Positions 29,533 to 39,068 are shown, numbered from the stretch's first letter. The stretch is 64,000 bases of DNA from Candidatus Zhuqueibacterota bacterium (GCA_049322915.1 JBMOPW010000026.1:96001-160000), one strand, 5' to 3'. Program-made: numbers and translations. The notes: generated by a model not told the origin, from the letters alone.

Positions 29533-30798
29533 ATGTACCAACGTGTTCGATACGATTTAAAACAGGAACTGATTAAAATAAAAGAAGCCGGACTGTTCAA
29601 AGAAGAGCGGATCATTCTCTCGGATCAGAAACCGGGAATCAGCGTGTCCTATCCTGCTGGCTCGGAGCCCAAAGAGGTGCTCAACTTTTGCTCCAACAAC
29701 TATCTGGGCCTGGCCAATTATCCCAAGCTCATTGAGGCAGCGCATGCGGCGCTGGATAAATATGGTCTCGGCCTGGCTTCCGTGCGGTTCATTTGCGGCA
29801 CGCAGAATCTTCATACTGAACTGGAAAAGAAAATTTCTGATTTTTATGAGACCGACGATACGATACTCTACTCCTCATGTTTTGACGCCAATGGCGGATT
29901 GTTCGAGAGTTTGCTGGGCGCCGAAGATGCCATTATCACCGATGCGCTGAACCATGCCAGCATCATCGATGGCATTCGGCTGTGCAAGGCCAAGCGGTTC
30001 ATTTACGAGCATGGCAATATGGAATCGCTGGAGAAAGTCTTGCAGCGAGCGAGAACCGGCATGGACATCTGGGATGGGCCCGGTCTGGCGCGCGAACCGG
30101 TGCCGGCGCGGAATATCATTGTTGCCACGGATGGCGTCTTTTCCATGGACGGCGATATTGCCAAATTGCGGGAGATTGTGGAACTGGGAAAAGAGTACGA
30201 CGCCATCGTGATGGTGGACGATTCCCACGCCACCGGCTTTTTCGGGAAGACCGGCCGGGGCGCCATTGAACACTGCGGCGTCATCGGCGAGGTGGATATC
30301 ATCACGTCCACATTGGGCAAGGCAATGGGCGGCGCTTCCGGCGGATTCACCACCGGGAGGAAGGAGATCATTGAAATACTCAGACAAAAATCGCGACCCT
30401 ATTTATTCTCCAATACCCTGGCCCCGGTGATCGCGGCCACGGCGATTGCAGCATTCGATTTGCTCTCCCAGAGCGACGACCTGCGGGTGAAGCTGATGGA
30501 AAACACGGCCCATTTCAGGGCCAAAATGACCGCGCTGGGTTTTGATATCATCGAGGGGATTCATCCCATCGTGCCGGTCATGTTTCGCCATTTCGAGAAC
30601 GACGCGCATCTGGCGCAGACAATGGCCAGAGACCTGTATGCGGAGGGAATCTACGTCATCGGATTCTTCTTCCCTGTCGTGCCCAAAGGCCAATCGAGAA
30701 TTCGCGTGCAAATCTCCGCGGCGCATACAAAGGACCAGATCGACCAGGCAATTGCTGCATTCGAAAAAGTGGGCAGGAAACACAAGGTCATTTCATGA
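29533..30798 (+). CDS. kbl: Glycine C-acetyltransferase (2-amino-3-ketobutyrate CoA ligase)
   Basis: NFCSNNYLGL, SVRFICGTQ, DALNHASIIDG, TDGVFSMDG, STLGKA (PLP Lys), RPYLFSN. Confidence 0.95.
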   Translation: MYQRVRYDLKQELIKIKEAGLFKEERIILSDQKPGISVSYPAGSEPKEVLNFCSNNYLGLANYPKLIEAAHAALDKYGLGLASVRFICGTQNLHTELEKKISDFYETDDTILYSSCFDANGGLFESLLGAEDAIITDALNHASIIDGIRLCKAKRFIYEHGNMESLEKVLQRARTGMDIWDGPGLAREPVPARNIIVATDGVFSMDGDIAKLREIVELGKEYDAIVMVDDSHATGFFGKTGRGAIEHCGVIGEVDIITSTLGKAMGGASGGFTTGRKEIIEILRQKSRPYLFSNTLAPVIAATAIAAFDLLSQSDDLRVKLMENTAHFRAKMTALGFDIIEGIHPIVPVMFRHFENDAHLAQTMARDLYAEGIYVIGFFFPVVPKGQSRIRVQISAAHTKDQIDQAIAAFEKVGRKHKVIS

Positions 30799-30859
30799 CA
30801 ACGCCGGGAAAATTTCCGCAGCCGTATTGAAAATGATCGCCGGTTTTGAAAGGATAACC

Positions 30860-31945
30860 ATGAGGAGGAGTCGCTACTCCGGAATTCTCATTTGCGTAGC
30901 GCTGTGCTGGATGATGGATAGCCTTTTTGCCCAGTCACTGTTTCGGAATGAAATTTATGGTGTCATCTCCGATTCAGAGACCGGACTGCCGCTGTTCAAT
31001 GTGAACGTATTTCTCGCCAGCACCACGCGCGGTGATGCGACCGATGCGGAGGGCTATTATCGGATTGAAAACATCCCGCCCGGCTCGTATCAACTCATTG
31101 TCTCCATGATTGGGTATGAACTGGTGAAATTGCCGGTGCAGTTCATCGCCAATCAATCGGTTCGGAAGGACGTGCAGCTCGTTCCCAAAATACTCAGCGG
31201 GGATGCGGTGCTCGTCGAAGCAGAAGGGCCGAAGAAGTGGAAAAAGCAACTGGAACGATTCACAGAATATTTTATTGGCGCCACGGAAAACGCCCGGTCG
31301 TGCACCATCGTCAATCCCCATGTCCTGCAGTTTGAAGAAAACCCGGAAGGCGATGAATTCCTGGCGCGAACCGATAGCGTCCTCGTCATCGATAACGAGG
31401 CGCTGGGCTATCGGGTGCGAATCAATCTGGAGCAATTCAGGCTTCATCAGGACAGCCTCTATTATACCATTTATCCCTTTTACACCGAATTGACAGCTCA
31501 GGATGAGAAGCAACAGCATCGCTGGTTGAAGCGGCGGCGAACCACTTATGAGGGTTCATTCCGACATTTTCTTTCGTCATTGGCGCGGGGGAAGGTCGAG
31601 CAGGAATACTTCGAATTGCAGCGCCAGAATGAAGGGACGGTGACCGCCGGTAAATTGGACATCGTACACAGCGACACCTCGGCGGCGTTCAAATACCTCA
31701 TGTACGACGGCTACCTGAAAGTCCTGTACAAAGGATTGTCTCGCAGCGGTCAGGGCGCATACGTCAGCGAAAGTCAAAGCTCATTTCCAACCTCGTACAT
31801 TAAATTGAATTTTGGCTATGCCTTGATCGATACCTTTGGCAACGAATGGACAAAAATGGGCATCACGCGCCTCGGCTATTGGACGCGCGAACGAATTGCC
31901 GATATGCTGCCGTTCGATTATTACCCGACATCTCCAACGAAGTGA
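30860..31945 (+). CDS. Secreted protein with carboxypeptidase-regulatory-like domain
   Basis: Signal peptide then G.ISDSETGLPL..VNV...TDAEGYY.I..IPPG.Y.L.VS.IGY; C-terminal ADMLPFDY. Confidence 0.8.
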   Translation: MRRSRYSGILICVALCWMMDSLFAQSLFRNEIYGVISDSETGLPLFNVNVFLASTTRGDATDAEGYYRIENIPPGSYQLIVSMIGYELVKLPVQFIANQSVRKDVQLVPKILSGDAVLVEAEGPKKWKKQLERFTEYFIGATENARSCTIVNPHVLQFEENPEGDEFLARTDSVLVIDNEALGYRVRINLEQFRLHQDSLYYTIYPFYTELTAQDEKQQHRWLKRRRTTYEGSFRHFLSSLARGKVEQEYFELQRQNEGTVTAGKLDIVHSDTSAAFKYLMYDGYLKVLYKGLSRSGQGAYVSESQSSFPTSYIKLNFGYALIDTFGNEWTKMGITRLGYWTRERIADMLPFDYYPTSPTK

Positions 31946-32051
31946 ACGGTCGTTCGTTTCAGAGCCAACGCATTTCAATCAGACGCCCGGCCTGTATGAG
32001 TCTCACTTTTTTTAATAGAAAAATTTCAGTCGATCTGCGAGCCTCGAAACG

Positions 32052-32079
32052 AAAAAGCCCCGGTGTTGCCGGGGCTTTT
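32052..32079. terminator. Bidirectional intrinsic terminator
   Basis: AAAAGCCCCGG-TGTTG-CCGGGGCTTTT between convergent genes. Confidence 0.85.
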
Positions 32080-32111
32080 GTGTGATGAAAATGAGCAGCG
32101 CGTGCAAGAAC

Positions 32112-33206
32112 TCATTTCGCTCCGTTGACGGCGATGGTCAGATCCTCTCCGGCAATGTCTTTCCACGAATAGAACTGGAATGTCTTATTATCGGACATGG
32201 CCACGAAAAGCCCCTGGGGGAAATTGGCATTGAGCGCGACATTGGTCACATCGGAGCCGTCGCTCTCGTTGGTGGCCACAGCAACAACCTTGATCAGGAG
32301 ATGGTTGTGCGGATTCCCCGCCTCGCCTTCGCGCGAATAGATCCGAAATTGATTGGCCTTTTGATCCGAGACCAGAATGTAGCCAGTCCCGTCGTTGATT
32401 GTGTAAATGGAGATGCCTTCATTGTCTTCGGCGAACTGCCCGGTTCCGAATAACGCCAATTCAACGCCAGCGTCGGCGGCGTCCGGGTCGGCGTGATATT
32501 TTCGAATGCCAACGGTCTCGTCGCAGTAATAGACAAAGCCCGGCGCATCGTCGACGGCGATGGCTTCGATTTCCTGGCGGCCGCTGTAGACGCCGAACTC
32601 GCGGACTTTGGTGGCTTTCACATGGCCGGCGCCGTCATCTTCCAGCCGATATTGCCACAGATACCGTCCATCGGTTGGGCCGTTTTTGCGTCCGACTACC
32701 GCGAAAATCGCGCCATCAGCAGAACGCTTGTACAGCGCAATTCCCATGGGAGCGCGCAGTTCCTCCCCTTCGAACACCGGAATTCCGCCCTGATCCAGCG
32801 GCTGCATATCCGGCAGGCTGAACACCCGAATTCGGTTTTCCAGCCGCTCCGTGGTCACGGCAATATCCGTGGCTTTTCCGGCGAGCAGCAGTCCGTACTC
32901 AATGTCCACATTGTTGGGACGCTTCAGGTTGCGCACGGTTTTTTCTTCGATCACTTTGCCGTTCAAATCGAATACGTACAGCGCGCCATCGGCCTCTTTA
33001 TCTGTGCCAATGACCAGGCTTTGCGCCGGGTCGTCCGGGTTGATCCAGATGGCGGGATCGTCGGTATCGTATTTCACAGGCTCAGTGATGATGACCGGCT
33101 GGATGACGGTCAATGCCGGTTTCGAGCACGTCAACGGAATGATACCTATCAGCGCTATCGCGACGAGGAATACGGGAAAAATCTTTTTCTTCATAAATGG
33201 AATCAT
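32112..33206 (-). CDS. Beta-propeller phytase (probable lipoprotein)
   Basis: DTDDPAIWINP, IGTDK, NNVDIEYG, EDNEGISIY, GYILVSDQ, ESDGSDV, FPQGLFVA; signal peptide ending LTC. Confidence 0.93.
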   Translation of the reverse strand: MIPFMKKKIFPVFLVAIALIGIIPLTCSKPALTVIQPVIITEPVKYDTDDPAIWINPDDPAQSLVIGTDKEADGALYVFDLNGKVIEEKTVRNLKRPNNVDIEYGLLLAGKATDIAVTTERLENRIRVFSLPDMQPLDQGGIPVFEGEELRAPMGIALYKRSADGAIFAVVGRKNGPTDGRYLWQYRLEDDGAGHVKATKVREFGVYSGRQEIEAIAVDDAPGFVYYCDETVGIRKYHADPDAADAGVELALFGTGQFAEDNEGISIYTINDGTGYILVSDQKANQFRIYSREGEAGNPHNHLLIKVVAVATNESDGSDVTNVALNANFPQGLFVAMSDNKTFQFYSWKDIAGEDLTIAVNGAK

Positions 33207-33248
33207 TACATTAGCCCTCTTTCATTTAGCCTCTTTTCTAAAACTGAA

Positions 33249-33288
33249 GAAGCGCCGGTGCCACGAACTTCGGTCGCATCGGCGCTTC
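33249..33288. other. Intergenic stem-loop between TonB receptor and phytase
   Basis: GAAGCGCCGGTGC / GCATCGGCGCTTC. Confidence 0.55.
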
Positions 33289-33306
33289 AGCTTCCCTCTG
33301 AATTTT

Positions 33307-36099
33307 CTACAGCGAATACTTCAAACCAGCATGCATCCACCAGGAATAAAACTCGCGTTGAATCGGCCGCGTTGTTTCGCCAATGTAGTAACGAAGCGGT
33401 TCATCGCTAAGATTGATCGCCTGGAAGTAGATTTGCAGGTTGGATGTGATATTCTGGGTGGCGGTAATATCGAACTGCAAATGGTTGTCATAATAGACAT
33501 CGTGGTCTTCGTCCTCACCGATTTCGGCGATGAATTTGCCGTGGTAGTTCAGACCAATACGACCGGTGAATCCAAATTTTTCGTAGCTGATGGCAAAATT
33601 CGCCACGTCGCCTGATTGTCCCGGCAGGGTCGTATCTTCCCGTTCGGGCAGGTCAGCGGTGGACTTGGTGTAGGTGTAATTGGCGTAAATACCAAAGCCA
33701 TTCCAGAATCCCGGCAAGAAGGTGAATTGCTGCTGCCAGTTGACTTCAAAGCCATACAGGGTCGCTTTATTTCCCTGAACCGGCTGGGTCACTTCGTAGC
33801 CGTCGTAAATTCCGCCGGCCTGTTCGAAGGAATGCTCATAGATTATTTTATCCAGCGATTTGTAGAAGGCTCCGCCGGAGATGATACCGATACCCTGAAA
33901 ATAATGTTCGCCCATCAAATCGACATTATAGGACGTGGTCGGTTCCAAATCCGGGTTGCCCAGGGTCATTTCTTCATCTTCGCGCAATACGAATTTGTAG
34001 GGGACCAGGTCGTAGTAATTGGGACGAGCGAGCGTCCGTGTGAACGCGGCTCGGATATTGGTGGCCGGCGTGAGCTGATAGCGCAGATGAAGCATCGGCA
34101 GCAGATGCTGCATCCATTTGTCCTGCTTCACTTCTGTGGTGCTTTCGTAATCGCCGTCCTCGTTGATTTGAACATCATTCCCGGTATAATCCAGTTTCAG
34201 CAGTTCATGGCGCAGCCCGGCCAGAATCATCAGCCTGTCCATGTTCACCGTGGTCATTCCGTAATAGGCGTAGAGATTTTCATTGGCTGTGTAGTTGGCG
34301 GCGTCGGTATCCTCGCGATTGACGTCACCCTCTAAGGCGCCATCCACATCTCTGTTGGCTTCGAAGAAGTCGCGCATTTTGTCCGGATCCAAACGATGGC
34401 CTAAATCATAATTACCCTCCAGGAAGTTGTCAGGAGAAGCGTCACCCTGGAATTGGCTCATCAGGATGTCATCGTCGCCTTCCCAGCCGTATTCCCACAC
34501 ATGATCGTCCTGCTTTTTGCTCTTCATGCGAAGTTTGGCGCCCACTTTCAGATCCGAAGTATAGCCGGACAGCAGATACGGATACTTGACATTGAAGGCG
34601 GCTGTGAAATCGTGGTCTGTGGTTTTGGTCTCTGAATAGGCGATGCCATCGAGTTTGTAATGCGAGGCATCCAATTCATAACCGCTGGCTAGGTTCGGCA
34701 CTGTGAATTTTGGCAGATCGGTATTGGATAGATTGAGAATCATATCCGCGTCTTCGTCCAGTTCAAAAGCGGACTCCAACAGGTCTGGCTTTTCTTCGTC
34801 CGCAAAGCTGTAGGACAGGGTATAGTCAAGGCTGAAGGCGTTAAAATCGTGTTTCCCGCCGCCGGCCACATTATAAAGCGATTGAATTTCCGTGCGGTCT
34901 TTTAACTCACGGTCGATAACCGCTTCGGAGATGTCGGTAGCGCTGGTGTATTCGCCTTTTTCCGGTCGAATTCTCAGGCGGTTCCTTCGTTCCAGATCGG
35001 TCCGTTTGTTGAACATACCGCGCAGGAACATCAGGTTGTTGTCGTTGAACTTGTAATCCAGGCTGGTAGTAATGCCATAGCGATCCCGTTTCACATCGTA
35101 GTCGCGCAATTCCATATTCTTCAACGCCCAGGGAATTTCAGTGCCAGCGGCGTCGTCCACGCTGCCCCATTCCATCTCGTTATTCTGGGAGCCGCGATTG
35201 CTTTGATAAAAACTGCCGCTGATGGTGAGGCCGATATTCTGGTTTTCACCAAACCGATTGGCATAGGTCAATCCGGCCTGGTACAGCGGTTTGCCCATTA
35301 AATCGCCGTATCCGCCGCCAGCGGTGAAATTGAAATAGCGGCCCTGATAATCGAACGCGCTCTTGGTGACAAGATTGACCGATCCGCCGATGGCGTCAGC
35401 GTCCATATCCGGGGTGAGGGCTTTTGTCACTTCAATGGAAGACAATTCTTCCGCAGAGATAATGTCCATGGGCACATGGCGTTCGCCGCCGTCCGGGGAG
35501 GGCAATCGCTCGCCATTGATCGTCATGGAATTGAGTCGGGCTTCGGTACCGCGTACTAAAACGTAGCGTCCTTCTCCCTGGTCGCGCTCGATGGAAACCG
35601 CCGGAATGCGCTGCAACACTTCTGCCGTGTTCAGATCCGGGAAGCGCAGCATTTGCTCTTCGGCAACCACGTTCTTGATAGTGGTGGACATTCGCTGCTG
35701 GCTCAATGCTTTCACCTGTCCCTGGCGCTCGCCCTGGACAACGATCGCTTCCATTTCAATGTAGCTTGCTTTCAATTCGATGTCGACCTTGACTGCGCCG
35801 CCATCGGTCACATTGACCTGAGTGGTGAATGGCTCGTAACCCATGTAGCTGCACACAAGTTCGTAGGCGCCTGGCTCAATGTGGTCAATGCGGAACGTTC
35901 CAACCCGGTCGCTGGCAGCGCCCAAATTCGTCCCTTTTAAAACGATGTTGGCGCCGGGCAGGTTGTCTTTGCTCTTGGAATCGACGACATGACCGGTAAT
36001 TTTTCCCTTGGTCTGGCTGAATCCGGCTACTGAAAATCCCATGAGTATCACGGAAATACAAAGCATAACCGTGAATGCTTTTTGAAAATTAGATCTCAT
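33307..36099 (-). CDS. TonB-dependent outer-membrane receptor
   Basis: Signal peptide, carboxypeptidase-reg-like domain, plug (AEVLQRIP..S..RDQGEGRYV.VRG; DADAIGGSVNL), barrel (GNPDLEP) ending AGLKYSL. Confidence 0.95.
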   Translation of the reverse strand: MRSNFQKAFTVMLCISVILMGFSVAGFSQTKGKITGHVVDSKSKDNLPGANIVLKGTNLGAASDRVGTFRIDHIEPGAYELVCSYMGYEPFTTQVNVTDGGAVKVDIELKASYIEMEAIVVQGERQGQVKALSQQRMSTTIKNVVAEEQMLRFPDLNTAEVLQRIPAVSIERDQGEGRYVLVRGTEARLNSMTINGERLPSPDGGERHVPMDIISAEELSSIEVTKALTPDMDADAIGGSVNLVTKSAFDYQGRYFNFTAGGGYGDLMGKPLYQAGLTYANRFGENQNIGLTISGSFYQSNRGSQNNEMEWGSVDDAAGTEIPWALKNMELRDYDVKRDRYGITTSLDYKFNDNNLMFLRGMFNKRTDLERRNRLRIRPEKGEYTSATDISEAVIDRELKDRTEIQSLYNVAGGGKHDFNAFSLDYTLSYSFADEEKPDLLESAFELDEDADMILNLSNTDLPKFTVPNLASGYELDASHYKLDGIAYSETKTTDHDFTAAFNVKYPYLLSGYTSDLKVGAKLRMKSKKQDDHVWEYGWEGDDDILMSQFQGDASPDNFLEGNYDLGHRLDPDKMRDFFEANRDVDGALEGDVNREDTDAANYTANENLYAYYGMTTVNMDRLMILAGLRHELLKLDYTGNDVQINEDGDYESTTEVKQDKWMQHLLPMLHLRYQLTPATNIRAAFTRTLARPNYYDLVPYKFVLREDEEMTLGNPDLEPTTSYNVDLMGEHYFQGIGIISGGAFYKSLDKIIYEHSFEQAGGIYDGYEVTQPVQGNKATLYGFEVNWQQQFTFLPGFWNGFGIYANYTYTKSTADLPEREDTTLPGQSGDVANFAISYEKFGFTGRIGLNYHGKFIAEIGEDEDHDVYYDNHLQFDITATQNITSNLQIYFQAINLSDEPLRYYIGETTRPIQREFYSWWMHAGLKYSL

Positions 36100-36724
36100 T
36101 TTTTTCTCCCTTGTTCGGTTAATTGTTTCATTTGCTCATGTGGTCTGATAGCAAACGTGATTGAAATGACTGCTGGCGAATCACCTCCTTTTCCATTTTT
36201 TAAATTAAGGTGTTCTGTGGAGAACCCGGGAATAACGGATGTGAAATCAATGCTCATAACAACGAGACTGTCTCGTGCGCTGTGTATTTCCCACCGTTCG
36301 CATCATCCCGGTAGATTTCTTCCTTCACCTTCTCGCCTTCTACATAGATTTTGAAAAAGCTGCTTTTCCGATACCCGCAATTTTCCCGGAAGGTCTGGCA
36401 GAGTCGCAATTTGTCCGTGATATAATAGCGCATATCCGCTGTGACAATGAACGAGCGCGTATTGGCTTGTTGGGCAAACGATGCTGAACCGATGATGAGC
36501 AAGGCCGGAATAACTAATGCTAACTTACAAATCCAAAATGAACGCTACGTTACATTTTTAGTCACTACCCAGGTTGGCTGGTTCAGGGTTCCGGGTTCAA
36601 GGTTAGAATCATTTCGTTTGTATATTTTGTAAATGAATATTCGTCACTATTCCGCCACCAAGGCTCAAAGGCACGAAGAAAAAGATACATCTGACCTGAA
36701 TTATTCATGAACTTGCTTAGAATT

Positions 36725-37306
36725 GTAACCGATCACAGGGGATAAAAAGTTGTATCTGTCTTTTGTGGACAGGATAACATGATGATAATGATTTACAGGA
36801 TTATTTTATCCGGTAATATCCTCACCTTTCTTTTTACTTCTACCTTATGGGGAGAAAAATTCAGCAATAAGCCTACTGGTTTGATAGTAGCTGTTAGATA
36901 ATTCACCAACTGAACTTCAAACTCCTTTACTATTTTTTCTACAGATTTCAATTCAATGATAATTAACTCGTCGACAATGATATCCGCTTTAAAATTGCCC
37001 ACAACTACTCCTTCATAATAGACCTTGATGGGTTTTTGTCTTTCGACGACAAATCCCATTTTTTTTAATTCAATGGTCAGGGCATTTTCATAAACAGACT
37101 CCAAAAAGCCAAATCCTAAAATGTTATATACTTTTTAAGCACAGCCAATAATTTTTTCAGTCAAGCTTGCCAGTTCCATTACGCTACCTCCTGTGATTTA
37201 CATGATTATGGTTTGATTAACATGATAAAGATCTAAAGTGGATTGATCCTGTCCATCCCAAATATCCTGTTATCCTGTCTATATTAACCACTCTGTGATC
37301 GGTTGC
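36725..37306. mobile_element. Nested stack, layer 4, carrying GxxExxY
   Basis: Ends GTAACCGATCACAG / CTGTGATCGGTTGC; 8-bp duplication TTAGAATT (36717-36724) / TCAGAATT (37307-37314); intact MITEs have a single TCAGAATT. Confidence 0.85.
36793..37179 (-). pseudogene. GxxExxY protein (PD-(D/E)xK-like) with premature stop
   Basis: GGAGG RBS, MELASLTEKIIGCA*KVYNILGFGFLESVYENAL...ADIIVDELIIIELKS...QLVNYL...GLLLNF; TAA at 37135-37137 (codon 15). Confidence 0.9.
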
Positions 37307-37717
37307 TCAGAATTTGAGTCAACATTCAGATTTTCAACTAGCTAAAAATAAGCCATTTTGAAACTCAGTTTTTGTACGTTTATTTTAAAAGGAGCACCAT
37401 TCAGGTTAGCCAGCCTCCTTCAAAAATACTATGAAAAATGCAGGCTAAATTATCGATTCTGAAAAGCTGAACTTGGTTTAAAAAAAATTGAATCTCACAA
37501 AATAAGAATGAATAAAATGACATCTTCGTGTAACGTTGTGGCTTCGTGATTTCGTGGCATGACTACATGCCTGAATAGCGACGAAAATGCTTTTTAACCC
37601 GGAACCGGGAACCTTTAAACCTGGAACCTGAGCAGATACCATTTTTATAACTTCTCATTATGTCCTTCAATGATGTGTACGCCAGTTCTTTTCGAATTGG
37701 CGACTTTGATGAATGAA

Positions 37718-38719
37718 TTACATTTTCAACACGGATTCTAAAACGATTTTTTGAACGGCTGGCGTTCCGGCGCTGTTGATTTCCTCAATCAGCACGTCTA
37801 CGGCCCGTTGGCCCATTTCTTCACAGGGCTGGTGCATGCTGGCAAATGAAGCCGATGAAAACGGATTCACCTGCCCGGCGCCGATGAAAATGAGATCCAT
37901 GTCCTCCGGAATGCGGACGCCGGTTTCCAGCGCCGCTTTATAAGCGCCCAGCGCCACAGAGAAAGTGACCGCGAAAATGACGGACGGCCAGGGCTTATCC
38001 CGAATGATTTTCTTGAATCCCTGATAGCCGTATTCCTCGCTGAATCCCCCTTCAATGACCCACTGCGGAAAGACAGGGAGATTGTGACGGTCCAACGCAT
38101 CGCGAAAGCCATTGTACCGCTCGCGCCCGATGTTGACGTGCGGGTAGCCAGCCAGGTGGGCGATCTTTGTATGACCTAACTGAATAGCGTATTCCACGGC
38201 GCGAAAAGCGCTTTGCCTGTCATCGACCCGCACCGTGCTGAAACCGATTTCTTCAATCACGCGATCGAAAAAGACCAGCGGTGTGCCGGTTTTTTTGATG
38301 GATTCAAAAATGGTCGTATCTGTCGTCTGCTCAGAAATTGAAATGAGCAATCCGTCCACGCGCATGGATAAAAGCGTCTGGAGTTGGTGAATTTCCCGCT
38401 CCGCGTTCTCGTAGGAAATCATCAGCAGTGTTTCATAACCCTGGTTAAAAGCTGCGTCATGGATGGTTTTAATGATGGCTGGGAAAAAATACTGACCGAT
38501 CTTCGGAACGACCAGCCCGATGATCTGGGACTTTTTTGAAGACAAATTCCGGGCGATGATGTTCGGTGTATATCCCAATGTGTGGGCCAGGTCTTTGACG
38601 CGCTGTTTGGTTTCGTGAGAAATGTCCGGGTGATCTCTCAGTGCTTTGGATACTGTCACCGTGGAGACACGTAAAATTTTTGCTAAATCGCTCAGTGTGA
38701 TTTGAGGCGGTTTTTGCAT
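37718..38719 (-). CDS. LacI-family transcriptional regulator
   Basis: TLSDLAKILRVSTVTVSKAL HTH, YTPNIIARNL hinge, sugar-binding domain (VDGLLI, FFDR). Confidence 0.95.
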   Translation of the reverse strand: MQKPPQITLSDLAKILRVSTVTVSKALRDHPDISHETKQRVKDLAHTLGYTPNIIARNLSSKKSQIIGLVVPKIGQYFFPAIIKTIHDAAFNQGYETLLMISYENAEREIHQLQTLLSMRVDGLLISISEQTTDTTIFESIKKTGTPLVFFDRVIEEIGFSTVRVDDRQSAFRAVEYAIQLGHTKIAHLAGYPHVNIGRERYNGFRDALDRHNLPVFPQWVIEGGFSEEYGYQGFKKIIRDKPWPSVIFAVTFSVALGAYKAALETGVRIPEDMDLIFIGAGQVNPFSSASFASMHQPCEEMGQRAVDVLIEEINSAGTPAVQKIVLESVLKM

Positions 38720-38801
38720 TCGGTCTTTGTTTGGGATAAAAGGTGATGCAGGCGGTGCATCATCACGGGAGGTCCAATCAATCCTGCAAATTCAGGTTTT
38801 G

Positions 38802-38865
38802 ACTTAACCGATAACTTTATCGATTAAGTTGTCTGCAAAATAAAAAATTTTAAGTCAAATGTCAA
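38802..38865 (-). promoter_or_regulatory. Promoter and palindromic operator of the LacI gene
   Basis: Minus-strand TTGACA(38865)-N17-TATTTT, followed by the 28-bp palindrome ACTTAA-C-CGATAA-CT-TTATCG-A-TTAAGT (38802-38829). Confidence 0.7.
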
Positions 38866-39068
38866 GAACAATTTTTCGTCCCCCTCAGACTGAAGGATGC
38901 GTTGCGGCTGCTGGCGCGAATCGGTTCGGGAAGGAGCATTCCGCCGGACTGCGCCCGGGAGCGAATCGTTGTTTTGGGCCGACGCAATGCAGTATCGCGA
39001 AAAAGTTGTTTGCAGAAAAAGCGACTGCCTCGGCATTTTTCGTGGGTTGGTACCAGCGGGTTGGCCGG

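Larger units (their letters stand above)
36695..37444 (+). mobile_element. 161-bp MITE, copy B, split by a 582-bp insertion (layer 3)
   Basis: 36695-36724 plus 37307-37444 reconstitute the element seen intact at 4851, 42742 and 52639; flanks CTGA / CTAA. Confidence 0.9.
36643..37582. mobile_element. Nested stack, layer 2
   Basis: Ends GTCACTATTC / GAATAGCGAC; degenerate 8-bp flanks GAATATTC / GAAAATGC; inner arms GCCACCAAGG..GGCACGAAG / CTTCGTG..TTCGTGGC. Confidence 0.65.
36561..37639. mobile_element. Nested stack, outer layer (GTCAC/GTAAC-type MITE with heptamer arms)
   Basis: Ends GTCACTACCCAG / CTGAGCAGATAC; perfect 8-bp direct repeat CATTTTTA at 36553-36560 and 37640-37647; inner GGTTCAG/GGTTCCG versus AACC-type heptamers. 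Confidence 0.8.
36254..37658 (-). pseudogene. Disrupted secreted metallophosphoesterase-like gene
   Basis: Removing 36561-37647 joins GAAGGA-ATG(37658) in frame to MRSYKNVT*RSFWICKLALVIPALLIIGSASFAQQANTRSFIVTADMRY...KIYVEGEKVKEEIYRDDANGGKY; in-frame TAG, and the catalytic core appears deleted. Confidence 0.6.

Noticed and set aside
37135..37137. Stop-codon recoding in GxxExxY (TAA) or the phosphoesterase remnant (TAG at 36545-36547)
   Set aside because: TAA and TAG terminate normal genes throughout the window and both loci lie in decayed DNA; simple nonsense mutations are more likely.
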